From Mycoplasmatales bacterium (GTDB lineage Bacteria > Bacillota_I > Bacilli_A > Mycoplasmatales > MT37), in the NCBI GenBank assembly GCA_965196725.1, contig OZ239770.1, positions 78,018 to 142,017 on the forward strand: DNA of 64,000 nt, given 5' to 3'. This document shows positions 36,816 through 48,644 of the stretch, piece after piece (the first letter of the stretch is position 1; each line of letters begins with the position of its first letter). A model generated the notes under the pieces. It was not told the DNA's origin. It worked only from the letters and a program-made list of their open reading frames with translations, and did no database searches. Position numbers and translations under genes: made by a program.

Positions 36816-37043
36816 TTGAGGAAAGATTTGGTTTTGAAACGCTATTTTTGACAACTGATACTAAATCTGAAAACTTGAATTATCAGTTGTAACTTTGAAA
36901 TTCGAAGAACGCGTTGAGCAAAACCACTTCGAATGTTACCACTTTTTCTAACATTATTAATCCTTTTATTGGGATTAGGTGCTTTCCTTTTTGGGTATGA
37001 AAAACTTTTGCTTCTTGTGTTGAAAAAAATTAAAATTATTTAA
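36816..37043 (+). CDS. secE: Preprotein translocase subunit SecE (start codon uncertain, no ATG)
   Basis: C-terminal ..EIRRTRWAKPLRMLPLFLTLLILLLGLGAFLFGYEKLL.. immediately upstream of nusG. Confidence 0.55.
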
Positions 37044-37048
37044 AAACA

Positions 37049-37621
37049 ATGCTAACTTCCAATTCTGCACCCCAACCAACATATGTTTGATATGCAATCA
37101 AATGTCAACAATTTAAAGACTGAACAGTCCTAGATTATTTGCAACAACATCCGCAAATGTGCCAAGATGCACGGATTATTATTGATAATAGTAAACCAAA
37201 AAAATCCGCCCGCAAAATTAATTTATCACCGGGAGTAGTTTTTGTTAGATTAGCAACACATCGTGGTGAAATTGACCCAGCAGTGCGAAAATGAATTACA
37301 AATGTTCCATATGTTAAAGGATTTAAAAATTATTCGATGCGAACTTTATCTGAGCCAATGCCATTTTCGCCCCAGACCATCGCCAATTTAATTAATCAAC
37401 AGACCCAACCAACCCTTAAACGTGGTAAGTATTCAGCCTCTGATATTGGTTTTAAACTGGGTGATTATCTTTTGGTCATGCAAGGAATTTTTGCCAAGTA
37501 TGAAGGGGAAGTAATTAAAATCGACTATAACACCGGGATTTTAACAATTGCCACCGAATTTTTTGGTCGTTTAACTCAAATTGAAGTTAACTTTGCCGAT
37601 TGTAAAAAAGTCACGGAATAA
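37049..37621 (+). CDS. nusG: Transcription termination/antitermination factor NusG
   Basis: N-terminal ..YVWYAIKC.. and KOW motif ..GDYLLVMQGIFAKYEGEV.. secE-nusG-rplK synteny. Confidence 0.9.
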
Positions 37622-37638
37622 AAGTAAAAGGAACAAAA

Positions 37639-38094
37639 ATGAAAAGTATTAAACGAATTGCAAAATTACAATTTCCTGGTGCCCAAGCCAAACCAGGACC
37701 TGCACTTGCTTCATTAGGGATTAACATTATGCAGTTTTGTACCCAATTTAACTCGCAAACTCAAGCACGGGCTGGTGAAACAGTCCCGGTTGAAATTACT
37801 ATTTTTACCGATAAAAGTTTCATTTTTAAATTAAAAACAACTCCCACCGCCGAGTTAATTAAAAAAGCGGCTAACCTCGAAAAAGGTGCTTCCCAAATCA
37901 CTCCCGGAAAACCAGTTGCCACCATTAGTCAAGCTGATTTTCACAAAATTGCTGAGTATAAACTGATTGACCTAAATACTACTTCACTTGAAGCAGCCAA
38001 AAAAAGTGTCCTAGGAACAATGAAACAAATGGGGGTGAGTTTAGCCCCTTCTGATCAACAAACTAATGAGGTTCAAAATGAAAAAACCAACTAA
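37639..38094 (+). CDS. rplK: 50S ribosomal protein L11
   Basis: ..AKLQFPGAQAKPGPALASLGINIMQFC.. Confidence 0.95.
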   Translation: MKSIKRIAKLQFPGAQAKPGPALASLGINIMQFCTQFNSQTQARAGETVPVEITIFTDKSFIFKLKTTPTAELIKKAANLEKGASQITPGKPVATISQADFHKIAEYKLIDLNTTSLEAAKKSVLGTMKQMGVSLAPSDQQTNEVQNEKTN

Positions 38095-38773
38095 AAACCA
38101 AACTACTTTTCTTCAAGCATTAGGAAAAACAAATCCGCAGCGTTTGGAAGCCGTTTTAACGGCGTTAAAACAGCATCATAAAGTTAAATTTGATAGCACC
38201 GTGGACGTTGTTTTTCATTTAAACATTAATGCAAAACGTGCCGAACATAATTTGAAAGGCAATTATCAACTTGCCAAACCATTTGCTAACCAAAAACGGA
38301 TTTGTGTTGTTAGCAAAAGTGCTGAGCAAATTGCCCTTGCCAAACAATTAGGAGTTGATCTGACCGGACAAGAAGCTTTTTTAATTGATTTAGCAAAAAC
38401 CGGCAAACTTAATTTTGATGTTTTAGTTGCAACACCTGATATTATGCCCGAGTTGACTAAATTGGGACGACTACTTGGACCACGCAAATTAATGCCATCA
38501 CCTAAAAATGGTTTAATTACCAATGATTTGCAAGCGATCATTGCCAAAATTCGCCGTGGTTATTTTGCTTATCAAGTTGATAGTGGCGGTAATTTACGGT
38601 TTAAAATTGGCAAACTATCGCAATCACTGAATGAATTACAAACTAATTTTCAGCAAATTTACCAATTAGTTAAAACGATTAAACCGCCTTTTGTCAAAAA
38701 ACAATATTTAAAACAAATTAGTTTGAACGCCACAATGAGTAAAGCTTTCAAACTGGATTTGAAACAACTTTAA
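38078..38773 (+). CDS. rplA: 50S ribosomal protein L1
   Basis: ..FDSTVDVVFHLNI..FDVLVATPDIMPELTKLGRLLGPRKLMPSPK.. ATG 38078 preferred (GAGG 6 nt upstream). Confidence 0.9.
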   Translation: MKKPTKNQTTFLQALGKTNPQRLEAVLTALKQHHKVKFDSTVDVVFHLNINAKRAEHNLKGNYQLAKPFANQKRICVVSKSAEQIALAKQLGVDLTGQEAFLIDLAKTGKLNFDVLVATPDIMPELTKLGRLLGPRKLMPSPKNGLITNDLQAIIAKIRRGYFAYQVDSGGNLRFKIGKLSQSLNELQTNFQQIYQLVKTIKPPFVKKQYLKQISLNATMSKAFKLDLKQL

Positions 38774-38778
38774 AAATC

Positions 38779-38787
38779 TGCTATAAT
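38779..38787 (+). promoter_or_regulatory. Extended -10 element TGCTATAAT ahead of the rplJ leader
   Basis: TGnTATAAT about 100 nt upstream of the rplJ ATG; the long untranslated leader is consistent with L10-leader-type regulation. Confidence 0.4.
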
Positions 38788-38889
38788 AAGGAAAGATTTA
38801 AGACCATAGAAAACAACAGTCATTGACTTAATTAGTTGTTGAGGTGCCTGTTCGTTTTCTTTCTGGTTGTTGAAAAAAACTTCAAACCA

Positions 38890-39426
38890 ATGTTAAAAAG
38901 TCATCGTAAAGCTAATTTTGTCACCCAAATTAAAAGCGAATTACTTGATTATCCCTTTCTTTTACTTGGTCAATACACCAAAATTAATGTTCGCCAGTTC
39001 GAAGTGATGCGAAACAAATTACGTCCGCATGCCGGGGTGCTAAAAATTTATAAAAATAATCTTTTAAAATTGGCATGCTTAAAAACTTCCTTTGCTTCTT
39101 TCCATGATCATTTGCAGGGGCCTAATTTTGTCATTAAAGCTCAAGGGGAGATTTTTCCTTTGTTTGCTTTGCTCCAGCAATTTAAGAAAGAATTCAAAAC
39201 TTTAACATGGAAAATCGGGGTTTGAAATGGCAAATTACTTGACCAAACTAAAATTACGCTTTTGGGGCAAATTCCCGATCGTAAAGTGCTATTTCAACGC
39301 CTTTTAATGACGTTAAAAACTCCCCTTTATCAACTTCATGCAACCCTTAAAAGTTGAAGCGAGCAACGCCGTAGTCAATCATCACAAAATCTCAATCAAA
39401 CAGAAAAAAGCGAGGAACATCAATAA
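38890..39426 (+). CDS. rplJ: 50S ribosomal protein L10
   Basis: Position between rplA and rplL; MLKSHRKANFVTQIKSEL.. Reads through TGA at 39223 and 39355. Confidence 0.85.
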
Positions 39427-39839
39427 TGAATGATTCAAATTCAACCAAACCAACTCCCCAACCACCAACGAGTGCCGTTGTTAAGGAATTAATGACTAAA
39501 ATTGGGCAATTAACCATTTTAGAATTAAATGAATTAGTCGAAGGGTTACAAGCCAAATTTGACATTCAGCCTTTACAAGCAGTTGCAACCGGAACAGGTA
39601 GTGATAGTAGCAACGAAGAAAAGAAAGCTGATGTTGTTAATGTTATTTTGACTGAAATTGGTGACAATAAAATTGCTGTCATTAAAACTTTAAGTAGTAT
39701 TACCAAAAAAGGTCTAATGGATGCCAAGAAAATGCTTGACAAACTCCCATTAACGGTTATTGAGAATCAAAAACCTGATTCTGCCAATGAAATTAAAACT
39801 GAATTAGAAAAAGCAGGAGCGGTTATTGTCTTAAAATAA
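39426..39839 (+). CDS. rplL: 50S ribosomal protein L7/L12
   Basis: ..ILELNELVEGLQAKFD.. hinge ..KIAVIKTLSSITKKGLMDAKKMLD..ELEKAGAVIVLK. Confidence 0.95.
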   Translation: MNDSNSTKPTPQPPTSAVVKELMTKIGQLTILELNELVEGLQAKFDIQPLQAVATGTGSDSSNEEKKADVVNVILTEIGDNKIAVIKTLSSITKKGLMDAKKMLDKLPLTVIENQKPDSANEIKTELEKAGAVIVLK

Positions 39840-39870
39840 AATTTTTAATGATAAATTAAAGGTCATAACA

Positions 39871-40164
39871 ATGAAAGTCGTTAAACATAAAGCAAAGCAT
39901 TTGCCGTTAAATTTAGTCAAGGTTAACTGCATTACTTGTGAGACCCATTTTGAAATTTACACCACTTTAAAAACTGATTTTAAAGTTGATGTTTGTTCGC
40001 ATTGCCATCCTTTTTACATTGGAACACAAAAATTTGAATCCAAGGCCGGTCGTGTCGAACGATTCCGGCGTTTGCAAAGAAAGCGAACTGATATTTTAAA
40101 CAAATTGATTGATAATACCCAAGAGTCGAAAGTGATTGACAAGGAGAAAAATAATGTACAGTAA
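39871..40164 (+). CDS. rpmE: 50S ribosomal protein L31
   Basis: CITC..VDVCSHCHPFYIGTQK..GRVERF. Confidence 0.9.
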   Translation: MKVVKHKAKHLPLNLVKVNCITCETHFEIYTTLKTDFKVDVCSHCHPFYIGTQKFESKAGRVERFRRLQRKRTDILNKLIDNTQESKVIDKEKNNVQ

Positions 40165-40621
40165 TGTTGTTGTCTGCGGACGTTTAGTCAATGATTTAGT
40201 TTTAAGAACTAATCAACAAAGTGAGCAAAAATTTTGCCTTTTTACCGTTGCGGTCAACGAGTATAACTATTATAGTAAAACACGAATGACCCACTATATC
40301 AACTGCATCATTTCCGGTCGCAATGCGGAAAACATGGCGCGTTTTCTGAAAAAAGGTGCGCTTATTTTAGTCGAAGGCGCTTTAAAAAGTCGTTTAATTA
40401 CCGGTGAAAACGCCAGCAAGATCAATAGTTTAATGGTGCGTGCTAATAATGTTGTTTTTCTTGAAAGTAAAAAAACCAGCACTCGTTCTCAACAAGCGGT
40501 CGAACCGCATGATGAAACTCTGACTGCCAATGATGAAGCCGCTTCTTCTCCTTCGCAATCTAATTCCACATCATCTCAGCAAAATAATCAAGCAAGCGAA
40601 GGAGAAATTGACTGAGAATAA
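40154..40621 (+). CDS. ssb: Single-stranded DNA-binding protein
   Basis: MYSNVVVCGRLVNDLVLR.. OB fold, low-complexity acidic tail ending ..EGEIDWE. AAGGAG RBS before ATG 40154. Precedes rpsR. Confidence 0.85.
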
Positions 40622-40626
40622 TAATT

Positions 40627-40905
40627 ATGAATGCCAAAAAACCATTTAAATCTTCCCATGCTAGCAGTTCATCGCGTTCCCGTCGGAAAAGTTTTGTTAG
40701 GCGCCGCCGTTGTTTTTTAACGAAGCAACGGGTTACTTACGTTGATTATAAAGATCTGCAATTATTGAAACGTTTCTTGTCAAAATCCGGGCAAATTTTA
40801 CCTCGTTTTGTTACCGGAACACGTGCGATTTATCAGCGGCAAATTGCTTTAGCTGTTAAAAGAGCGCGCTTTCTTGGATTGCTTGGTTTTGTCACATTAG
40901 AATAA
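40627..40905 (+). CDS. rpsR: 30S ribosomal protein S18
   Basis: ..VDYKDLQLLKRFLSKSGQILPRFVTGTRAIYQRQIALAVKRARFLGLL.. Confidence 0.95.
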   Translation: MNAKKPFKSSHASSSSRSRRKSFVRRRRCFLTKQRVTYVDYKDLQLLKRFLSKSGQILPRFVTGTRAIYQRQIALAVKRARFLGLLGFVTLE

Positions 40906-40990
40906 TTTTTTCTTCCCTGTTTTTCTTTTTCAGACTAGCTGATTTTTATGCTAAAATGCTAAACTTAATCGTTGTCTAAACGATTTAATC

Positions 40991-42454
40991 ATGATTTTAA
41001 AAGCGAATATTAGAACGCGTTTTGCCCCCTCCCCAACCGGTCATTTACACCTGGGAAGTGCCCGAACCGCCCTTTTTAATCATCTTTTTACGCAACATTA
41101 TCGCGGCCAAATGATAGTTCGGTTTGAAGATACTGATCAAAAGCGCAATCTGAAAGATGTCATTATTCAGCAATTAGATAATTTACGTTGATTAGGGATT
41201 CATATTGACGAAACAATCAATGTTTCTAGCAGTCAATATGGACCTTATTTACAAAGTGAACGTTTGGATCTTTATCGGCAATATGCTGATTTTTTATTGC
41301 ATAAACAACATGCTTATTACTGTTTTTGCACTCCTAAAGAATTAGCAATTCAACGAAAAATTCAATGCGAACAGGGTGCCAAAGTTTATTTATATGATCG
41401 TCGTTGTCATAAATTAAATAAAGAAGCGGTGCATACTTTTTTAACCAAACAACGCCCTTATTGTATTCGCTTTTTTTCTCCCGCGCAAACAAAGATCGTT
41501 TTTCGTGATTTAACCTTTGGGAAAATGGTCTTTCAAAGCGAAGCGGTCGAAGATTTTATCATCATTAAAAATGATGGTTTTCCAACCTACAATTTTGCCG
41601 CTGTTATTGATGATCATTTGATGAAAATTACCCATGTTATGCGTGGTGTTGATCATCTTTCTAACACCGCCAAACAACTTTTAATTTTTCGTGCTTTTGC
41701 TTGAACACCACCGGCTTTTGCGCATTTCACTCTTCTACAAACCGATTTAAAACATAAAATTTCCAAGCGTCACTTTGTGCCCGAACATTATCTGGAATAT
41801 TATCGGCAAATTGGTGTTTTACCGGTTGCAATGCGCAATTTTCTTGCCTTAATGGGCTGATCACCACCGGGTAAAAAAGAAGTTTTTACCGATCGGGAAT
41901 TAATTGAAGTTTTCAACGGGAAAGGGTTTAATCGTTCGCCATCAATTATTGATTTAAATAAATTATATTGATTGAATCAGAAACATATTCAAACCCTATC
42001 TGCTTCGGAATTTTGAAGTCGCTGTCAACCATTTTTAACTTCTTATCTTAACAACGATTATTATCCGTTGGAAACCTGGAAACAAATTGTTGCTTTATTT
42101 CAAAAAGAGGTTAATGTTTTATCCGAGATTAAAAAATTAGTTCGTCTTTTTATCGTTTCCAGTTTTAAATATTCTTCCCCACAGCAATTAATTTTAAAAA
42201 CAAATGCCGCTTTAATTAAAGCTTTTGCCGCTGAATTACTTGCGGCAAACGATAAAGTTTGAAATGCGGCTAATTTAAAACTACTATGCAAAAAGGTTCA
42301 AGCCCAAACCCAGTTGTTTGGGAAATTGTTTTACCATCCTTTAAGAATTGCAATCACCGGACAAGATTATGGTCCGCCTTTTCATGAACTGCTTGCTGTT
42401 TTAGGAGTTAAAAAAACCTTAAATCGTCTGAAAAAAATCATTGATCATGCCTAA
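40991..42454 (+). CDS. gltX: Glutamyl-tRNA synthetase
   Basis: [21 protein letters not shown] (HIGH), ..[15 protein letters not shown].., KISKR. Confidence 0.9.
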
Positions 42455-43637
42455 AACAATTATTCGCTTTACCCATCGTGTTTATGGAGAAATTAGTTTT
42501 ACTAATCCGGTTTTGGTGGCTTTAATTCAAACGCCATTATTTAAACGGTTAAAAGCATTAGCACAATTGGGAACTTTGCGGATTTGAAAACATCATAAGG
42601 AACATAATCGTTATAACCATTCCATTGGTGTTGCCTATCTAATTAGTTATTTATTTAAACATAACCCTTCCTTTCGTCATCTCTCTGCGAAAGTAAAGTT
42701 AGAAACAATTGTGGCCGGTTTGCTCCATGATTTAGGACATGGGCCATTTTCGCATGATTTTGAAAAATTATTTTTTCCGTTTAAACACGAAAAGCAGGGA
42801 ATCAGTTTAATTTTAGATCCGACCTTGCCAATTGCTACTATTTTGAAAGCAGCAAAGTTAGATCTGAAGCGGATTACCAATTTAATTCTCGGGAAAGTAC
42901 CAACCGATTTTGCCCAAAATTTAATTTCCTCACAATTTGATTGTGATCGGTTAGATTATCTTTTAAATGATCCTTATTATCTTAATGCTCCTTTGCGGGA
43001 ACCAATTGCTTGAAAGAAGATTTTAGAAGGACTTGTTTTGGATCGCCAGCGCAAGCAAATTTATTTTCCATTTAAAGCTTTAAAAGCAGTCGAAAATTAT
43101 CTACAGGCCCGTTATTATTTGCATAAATATCAGTTTTGAAGTGATAATCATCTCTTAATTTCCGGTTGTTTTCAAAAGTTTTTCGCCCGATTAAATGATT
43201 TAGTTGCCGCGCGTCGATTAGCAAAAAACCAGTTAAAACCATTTGCTCATTTATGAGCTTCAACTCCGCTTATTCCCGCCACCGCCTTTTTAAAATGGAC
43301 TGATTTAAATCTCATTCAGTGAATGAAAGCAGTGAGTGAGGAACTCAAAGATCCAATTTTAACTTTTTTTCTCACCAACTTTTTACAACCATATCAAAAA
43401 GAAAATCGTGTCTTATTGCGCCGCTTTCGTTTTCTACGGAAAGCAAACCAAAAAGATTTACAAAAGTATCGTTATCTTAATTTCACTTTTAAAGTTTGAT
43501 CTTACCAAAGCATTGGTAAACCGCCAATTCTGTTTTTAAACCAAAAATCGCAAAAGGTTTTTCGGCTTGAACAAATTTCAGAACTTTTTATGAAAACGTT
43601 GCGCATTGAAGAAGAACATCGTTTTTGACTTTGATAA
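42447..43637 (+). CDS. HD-domain phosphohydrolase (dNTP triphosphohydrolase-like)
   Basis: ..NRYNHSIGVA..GLLHDLGHGPFSHDFE..DCDRLDYLLND.. Confidence 0.8.
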
Positions 43638-43702
43638 AATTGCTTTTTTCATTTCCAAATGAGTTAAAATATTAGACTGATTATTTTATTAAAACCGCTC
43701 TA

Positions 43703-44455
43703 ATGATTTTTCATTTCAATTTTCAAAATTATTTGTGATTGGAACAACTAGGCAAAATGCCCCCCTTTCCGTTTCCTGTTTTTGTTGCTTTTACTCCTTT
43801 ACAAGCCCGCAGATTAGGTGGGATTGAGGCAATCGCAACTTATTTTCGTGGTTGAAAACAACGGTTTCCACTTCACCAAAAAGTTTATTTGCATTTAGAT
43901 CATGCACGGACTTTAAAACTTTGTTACCGGGCGCTTGCCGCCGGCTTTAATGCAATCATGTTTGATGGTTCTCATCTGACTTTTAGGCAAAATTTAGCGT
44001 TGACCAAAAAATTAGTCCATGATGCTCATCAAGCAAATGTTTGGGTGGAAGCAGAATTGGGGATTTTAAAACGTGATCAGTATCAAAAAACTGATCCTCA
44101 ACAAGTCCAACACTTTACCGAAACTACCCGAGTGGATTTTTTAGCGGTTGCAGTTGGAAATTATCATGGGCTTGATCATCAAGCACCGGTGCTTGATTGA
44201 AATTTACTGCGCCAAATCAATCAAGTCAGTCGGGCTAAAATTGTTTTGCATGGCGCAAGCGGCATTGCAATTGAAGTTTTACAAGCGTTAAAGGTTGCCA
44301 AGTTAATTGGGAAAATTAATTTTGATACTGATTTGCAACGCCAATTTCTCAACCATTGAAGAAAATTGGATAATCATAATTACTATCAACATCAAGCTTT
44401 AGCCTTTCAGGCTGTTCAACAGTGGATTTTACGGCTTTTCACTCTTTTGAAATAA
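43703..44455 (+). CDS. fba: Class II fructose/tagatose-bisphosphate aldolase family protein (short, diverged)
   Basis: ..YLHLDHA.., ..AVAVGNYHG.., ..VLHGASG.. In-frame TAG at 43673 limits the N-terminus. Confidence 0.7.
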
Positions 44456-44459
44456 TTGA

Positions 44460-45455
44460 ATGCGGAAATTAAAAATAGCAATTAATGGTTTAGGAATAAT
44501 TGGCAGGTTAATTGTCCAAACCCTTATTGATGATCACCGTTTTCAAATTGTGGCTCTCAATGATCCGGCTTCTCCGCTTTATCTAGCGCCATTTTTAAAT
44601 CGCTTTCCCAGTCAACTTCAACCGGCCGGACGCTTCACCTTTCATGACGGGCAGTTAAATTATTGCTCCCAAACCATTCCTTATACACGATATGCGCAAC
44701 CAATCGGACAATTATGAGGAAAAACAGATTGTGATCTTTTAATTGAAGCAAGCGGACGCTTTAATTCTTTTTCGACGTTGCAAACGCATTTGCAAGCGGG
44801 CGCGAAACGAATTTTTATTACGACTAATTTTCAGGAACCAGAGTTGTTTGCGCAAACTTTAATTTATAATTTTAATCATCACCTTTTTAACCACCAAAAG
44901 CGTCTATGGTCATTTGGTTCTTGCACGACGAATAGTTTGCTGTTAACTTTAAAGGCTTGTCAATCCCTTTTCGCTTTTTCAAGCATTCAGGCTTTAACCA
45001 TTCATTCGGTGACGAATCAACAAACAGTTTTGAACCGGCTAGCAACCCAATTAGCAAATAGTTATCGTATTTTAGATAATCTTTTACCCGCTCGCTCCAA
45101 TGCTACTCGAATTTTAAAATACTTTTTTCCGTCTTGTCAAAGTCATGTTGCAGCTTTGCGTGTTCCAACCACTTCCGGTTCCTTATTGATTTTAAATCTA
45201 GGTTTAAAAGCCCCAATTGATTCGACGCTATTACTGCACCATTTACAGCAGGCAAGTAATTCCTCATTTCAAATCCGCACCACCCCTTTAACCTTAATTG
45301 ATCTGCGAGCACAGAAAACACCAGTTCTTTTAGATTGAACTTTAACTGTTAATCATAAAACTAATCTTCAATTAGGAATTTGATATGATAACGAAATTGG
45401 TTATGTTCAACAAATTTACCAAACGCTGATTTATCTTTTTCACCGCCTAAATTAA
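44460..45455 (+). CDS. gap: Glyceraldehyde-3-phosphate dehydrogenase-like protein (diverged)
   Basis: INGLGIIGR, catalytic GSCTTNS, ..LTIHSVTNQQ.. Confidence 0.75.
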
Positions 45456-45531
45456 TTGAACGCCGGATTGCTAGTTTGAAAAAAACTGCTTTTCCTGCTT
45501 TTTAAGTGTAAAATTTTGATGCTAAACTTTT

Positions 45532-46242
45532 ATGAATTTACCCAAATTTTTGATCTTTAATTGAAAACAAACTGCTTCATTTTCCATGTTAAAAAATTTG
45601 CTTGACCAAAGGCAATTTTTAACGCCAAAATGAAATTTTTACCTTGCTTGTCAGCCGCGTTTCTGGTTTACCCAGTCAATCTTGCATTTTTGTTTAATCG
45701 GACAAAATTTTGCTTTTTTGCCGTTTCCAACTTATTATTTTTTAGTCTTAACCGCTTTTAAAAGACGTCGATTAGATGGTTTATTACTTAATCATCCCCA
45801 AAATCATTTTCGTTTGCAACAACAGCAACAATTAATTGAGCTTTGCCAAGTTATGAAACAAACTGTTTTTTATTGTTTTGGCAAAAACCTGGATTTTTCT
45901 CAATCCCGCCAAACTAATTTCCGCATCTTAATTTCGGAATTACACCAACTTTCTGCGCTTTTTGCCCAATCTTTGCTGACCCCAATTTTAATTTTAGAAC
46001 CTTTAAATTCGTCGGCAACTGTTTTTACTGCGCTTAAACAACTGCGTTGATTAATTCGTTTTCTTAAAGACTGATGACAAATTCGCTTTCAAACTCCGCT
46101 ACTTGTTGGTCTTGGTGGCGGAATTACAACCACCAATGCTTGATTGGTAGCTTTTATGGACGGTTTTATTGTTGGAAGAAATAGTAAGACTAAAGTCAAT
46201 ATTCAAAGATGGGGGAAAAGAATAAATGTCACGTCGCTTTAA
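45532..46242 (+). CDS. tpiA: Triosephosphate isomerase-like protein, strongly diverged
   Basis: FNWKQ, ..IGQNF.., ..LVGLGGGIT.., ..MDGFIVGRNS.. retained. Canonical GHSERR and EPVWAIGTG loops appear as NHPQNHFR and LEPLNSSATV. Confidence 0.55.
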
Positions 46243-47164
46243 ACGCATCATTATTTTTGGCGCCGGCAATGTTGGTGCAACAATTGCGGCTTTTTTAATT
46301 AACGAAAATTTAACCCGTGAAATTCTTTTCTTTGAACGCAAAAGACAATTTTTAGCCGCCCAAATTCTTGATTTACAAGATCATGCCTTTAATAGTCACC
46401 ATTCAATTCAGGTTGGAGTAGCCAAGTGAACAGACTGTGAACAAGCAGATCTAATCATTATTGCTGCCGGTCAAAAACAACGTTTTAGTCAGCCACGCGA
46501 CGAATTAGCAATTACCAACGGAAAAATTGTGCGTCAATTTATCCAAAAACTCAATCAGACACCTTTCGGTGGTTTTATTATTGTTGTGACTAATCCGGTC
46601 GATCAGATTACCTATTTAGTTCATCGCCTATCCAAGCTATCGGCACCACACATTATCGGCACCGGAACTAGTTTGGATGTTCTTCGGATGCGTACTTTTT
46701 TTCGTCGTCAAATTGGCAAAACAACCAAGCAAACGATTAATTTAATTGGTGAACACGGGGTTAAAATGTTTTTACCAAAGTTAATGAATAGGCAATTACA
46801 TCGTTTTTTAACACGGTTTAAAATCGGTTTTGAAGCATTGATTAATCAGATTTGTGCCGTTCCATTTGAAATTATTCGCGGGAAAAAAGCTACTTACTAT
46901 GGAATTGCCAACATTGTTGTTAAAATTATTAAACAGTTGAGAAAGAAAACTCCGCTTCGCATGAATTTAAGTGTTTTTTTTAATAAGTCTGTTATTAGTC
47001 ATCCGTGTTTCATTAGCAAAATTGGCATTTTGCCCTTGCCACCGTTGTTAAAATTTGATGAACAAGCAAAATTTCATCACCTTTTAAAAACCATGGCAAC
47101 TAAACAAGTTCAACTTTGAGAAAGTTTATTTCTTTCTTCAGCAAAAATATCTAGCAAGAAATAA
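46226..47164 (+). CDS. ldh: L-lactate/malate dehydrogenase family protein
   Basis: IFGAGNVGA, ..VVTNPVD.., ..GTGTSLDVLRMR.., ..GEHG.. Confidence 0.8.
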
Positions 47165-47213
47165 AAACCTTGTTTAAGAAAGTTCTTAATTTTTAAACCA
47201 AAAAATAAATAGG

Positions 47214-47222
47214 TGGTATAAT
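47214..47222 (+). promoter_or_regulatory. Extended -10 element TGGTATAAT (orphan, followed by terminator)
   Basis: TGnTATAAT 47 nt upstream of the hairpin at 47269. Confidence 0.35.
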
Positions 47223-47268
47223 TACCCCTGTATGTTGATTATTATAACAGCACCTTTTTAACTAGAAA

Positions 47269-47304
47269 CCCAGGCTTCTTTTGCAAGAAGATTGGGTTTT
47301 TTTT
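47269..47304 (+). terminator. Rho-independent terminator-like hairpin
   Basis: CCCAGGCTTCTT-TTGC-AAGAAGATTGGG (12-position stem: 10 Watson-Crick pairs, one G-T pair, one mismatch) followed by T8. Confidence 0.6.
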
Positions 47305-47316
47305 GCTATAAATAAC

Positions 47317-47325
47317 TGTTATAAT
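47317..47325 (+). promoter_or_regulatory. Extended -10 element TGTTATAAT, candidate arc operon promoter
   Basis: TGnTATAAT about 125 nt upstream of the arcA ATG, just after the terminator. Confidence 0.4.
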
Positions 47326-47451
47326 GTTTGAAAAGACGAGTTAAAAAACTGATTTAACGCTTTTTAGACTCTGAAAAATGAGAGTTGGTTAACATTACGT
47401 TTTTTTATTTTTTGCTAGAGAAAAAAGAAAAATGAAAAGAGGATTTTAAAA

Positions 47452-48642
47452 ATGAAAGGTATTCATGTATTTTCCGAAATCGGAAAACTTAAAAAAGTTC
47501 TTTTGCATCGCCCTGGAAAGGAAATTGAAAATTTAACCCCAGATTTGCTAGAACGTTTACTTTTCGACGACGTACCATATTTAAAAGTCGCTCGTGAAGA
47601 ACACGCTGCATTTGAAAAAATTTTGCGTGATAACGGAGTTGAACCAGTCTTTATTGAAGAATTAGCTGCTCAAACCCTTGATTTATTGCCCCATTTGCGG
47701 GCAAAATTCGTTGATGATTTTATCTTCGAAGCAAAAGTGCATAACGATCATAAAGATAAATTGAAAGCTCATCTTCTTACCCTAAGTAATCAAGCAATGA
47801 TTGATTTAATGATTGCTGGACTTGAAACTTTGGAATTAGGCGTTGAAGCAATTAATGCTTATCCATTTGTGATTGATCCGCTTCCCAATACCCTTTTCCA
47901 GCGTGACCCACTTGCTTCGATCGGAAATGGTTTAACAATTAACCGCATGGCATCAGTAACGCGCAACCGTGAAACTTTGTTTACTGATTTGGTTTTCCGT
48001 AATCATCCTGATTTTGCCGGGCATGTTTCCTATTTTTACAAACGAAATAATAAGCATCCATTAGAAGGTGGTGACGTTTTGGTTTTGAATAAAAAAGCTT
48101 TAATTATCGGTTGCTCCGAACGCACTAAAATGGATGCGATTGAGCATTTAACCCAAACAATTGTTGCTGATCCAGCTAGTGGTTACGAAACTGTTTATGT
48201 TTTGAAACTACCGGAAAAAAGAGCTTTTATGCATCTTGATACGGTTTTTACCAACATTGATTACGATAAGTTTATTGTTCATCCGTTAATTTTCAATGAT
48301 ATGGATGCTTTTAAAATTTATAAAATTGATCGTAATGGAACCCAAGAAATTCAAAAAGATTTACAAACTTTCTTGTCAGAAATTGTTGGCAAACCAGTCC
48401 AATTAATTCAATGTGGGGGAAAATCTCCAATTGCTGCTGGTCGTGAACAATGAAACGACGGAACAAACGTTTTAGCACTTGCGCCCGGACGCGTAATTTC
48501 TTATTCCCGTAACCACGTAACCAACCAATTATTGCGTGATGCCGGTGTCGAAGTGTTGGAAATCCCTTCTTCCGAATTATCACGTGGTCGTGGTGGACCA
48601 CGTTGCATGAGTATGCCTTTAATTAGAGAGGACTTAGAATAA
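47452..48642 (+). CDS. arcA: Arginine deiminase
   Basis: [22 protein letters not shown].., ..FMHLDTVF.., C-terminal ..[12 protein letters not shown].. Confidence 0.95.
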
Positions 48643-48644
48643 TT

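Noticed and set aside
39871-40905. rpmE-ssb-rpsR instead of the usual rpsF-ssb-rpsR, and gdpP-dnaB without rplI
   Set aside because: This is ordinary gene-order variation. The missing genes may simply lie elsewhere, and nothing in the sequence suggests a functional consequence.
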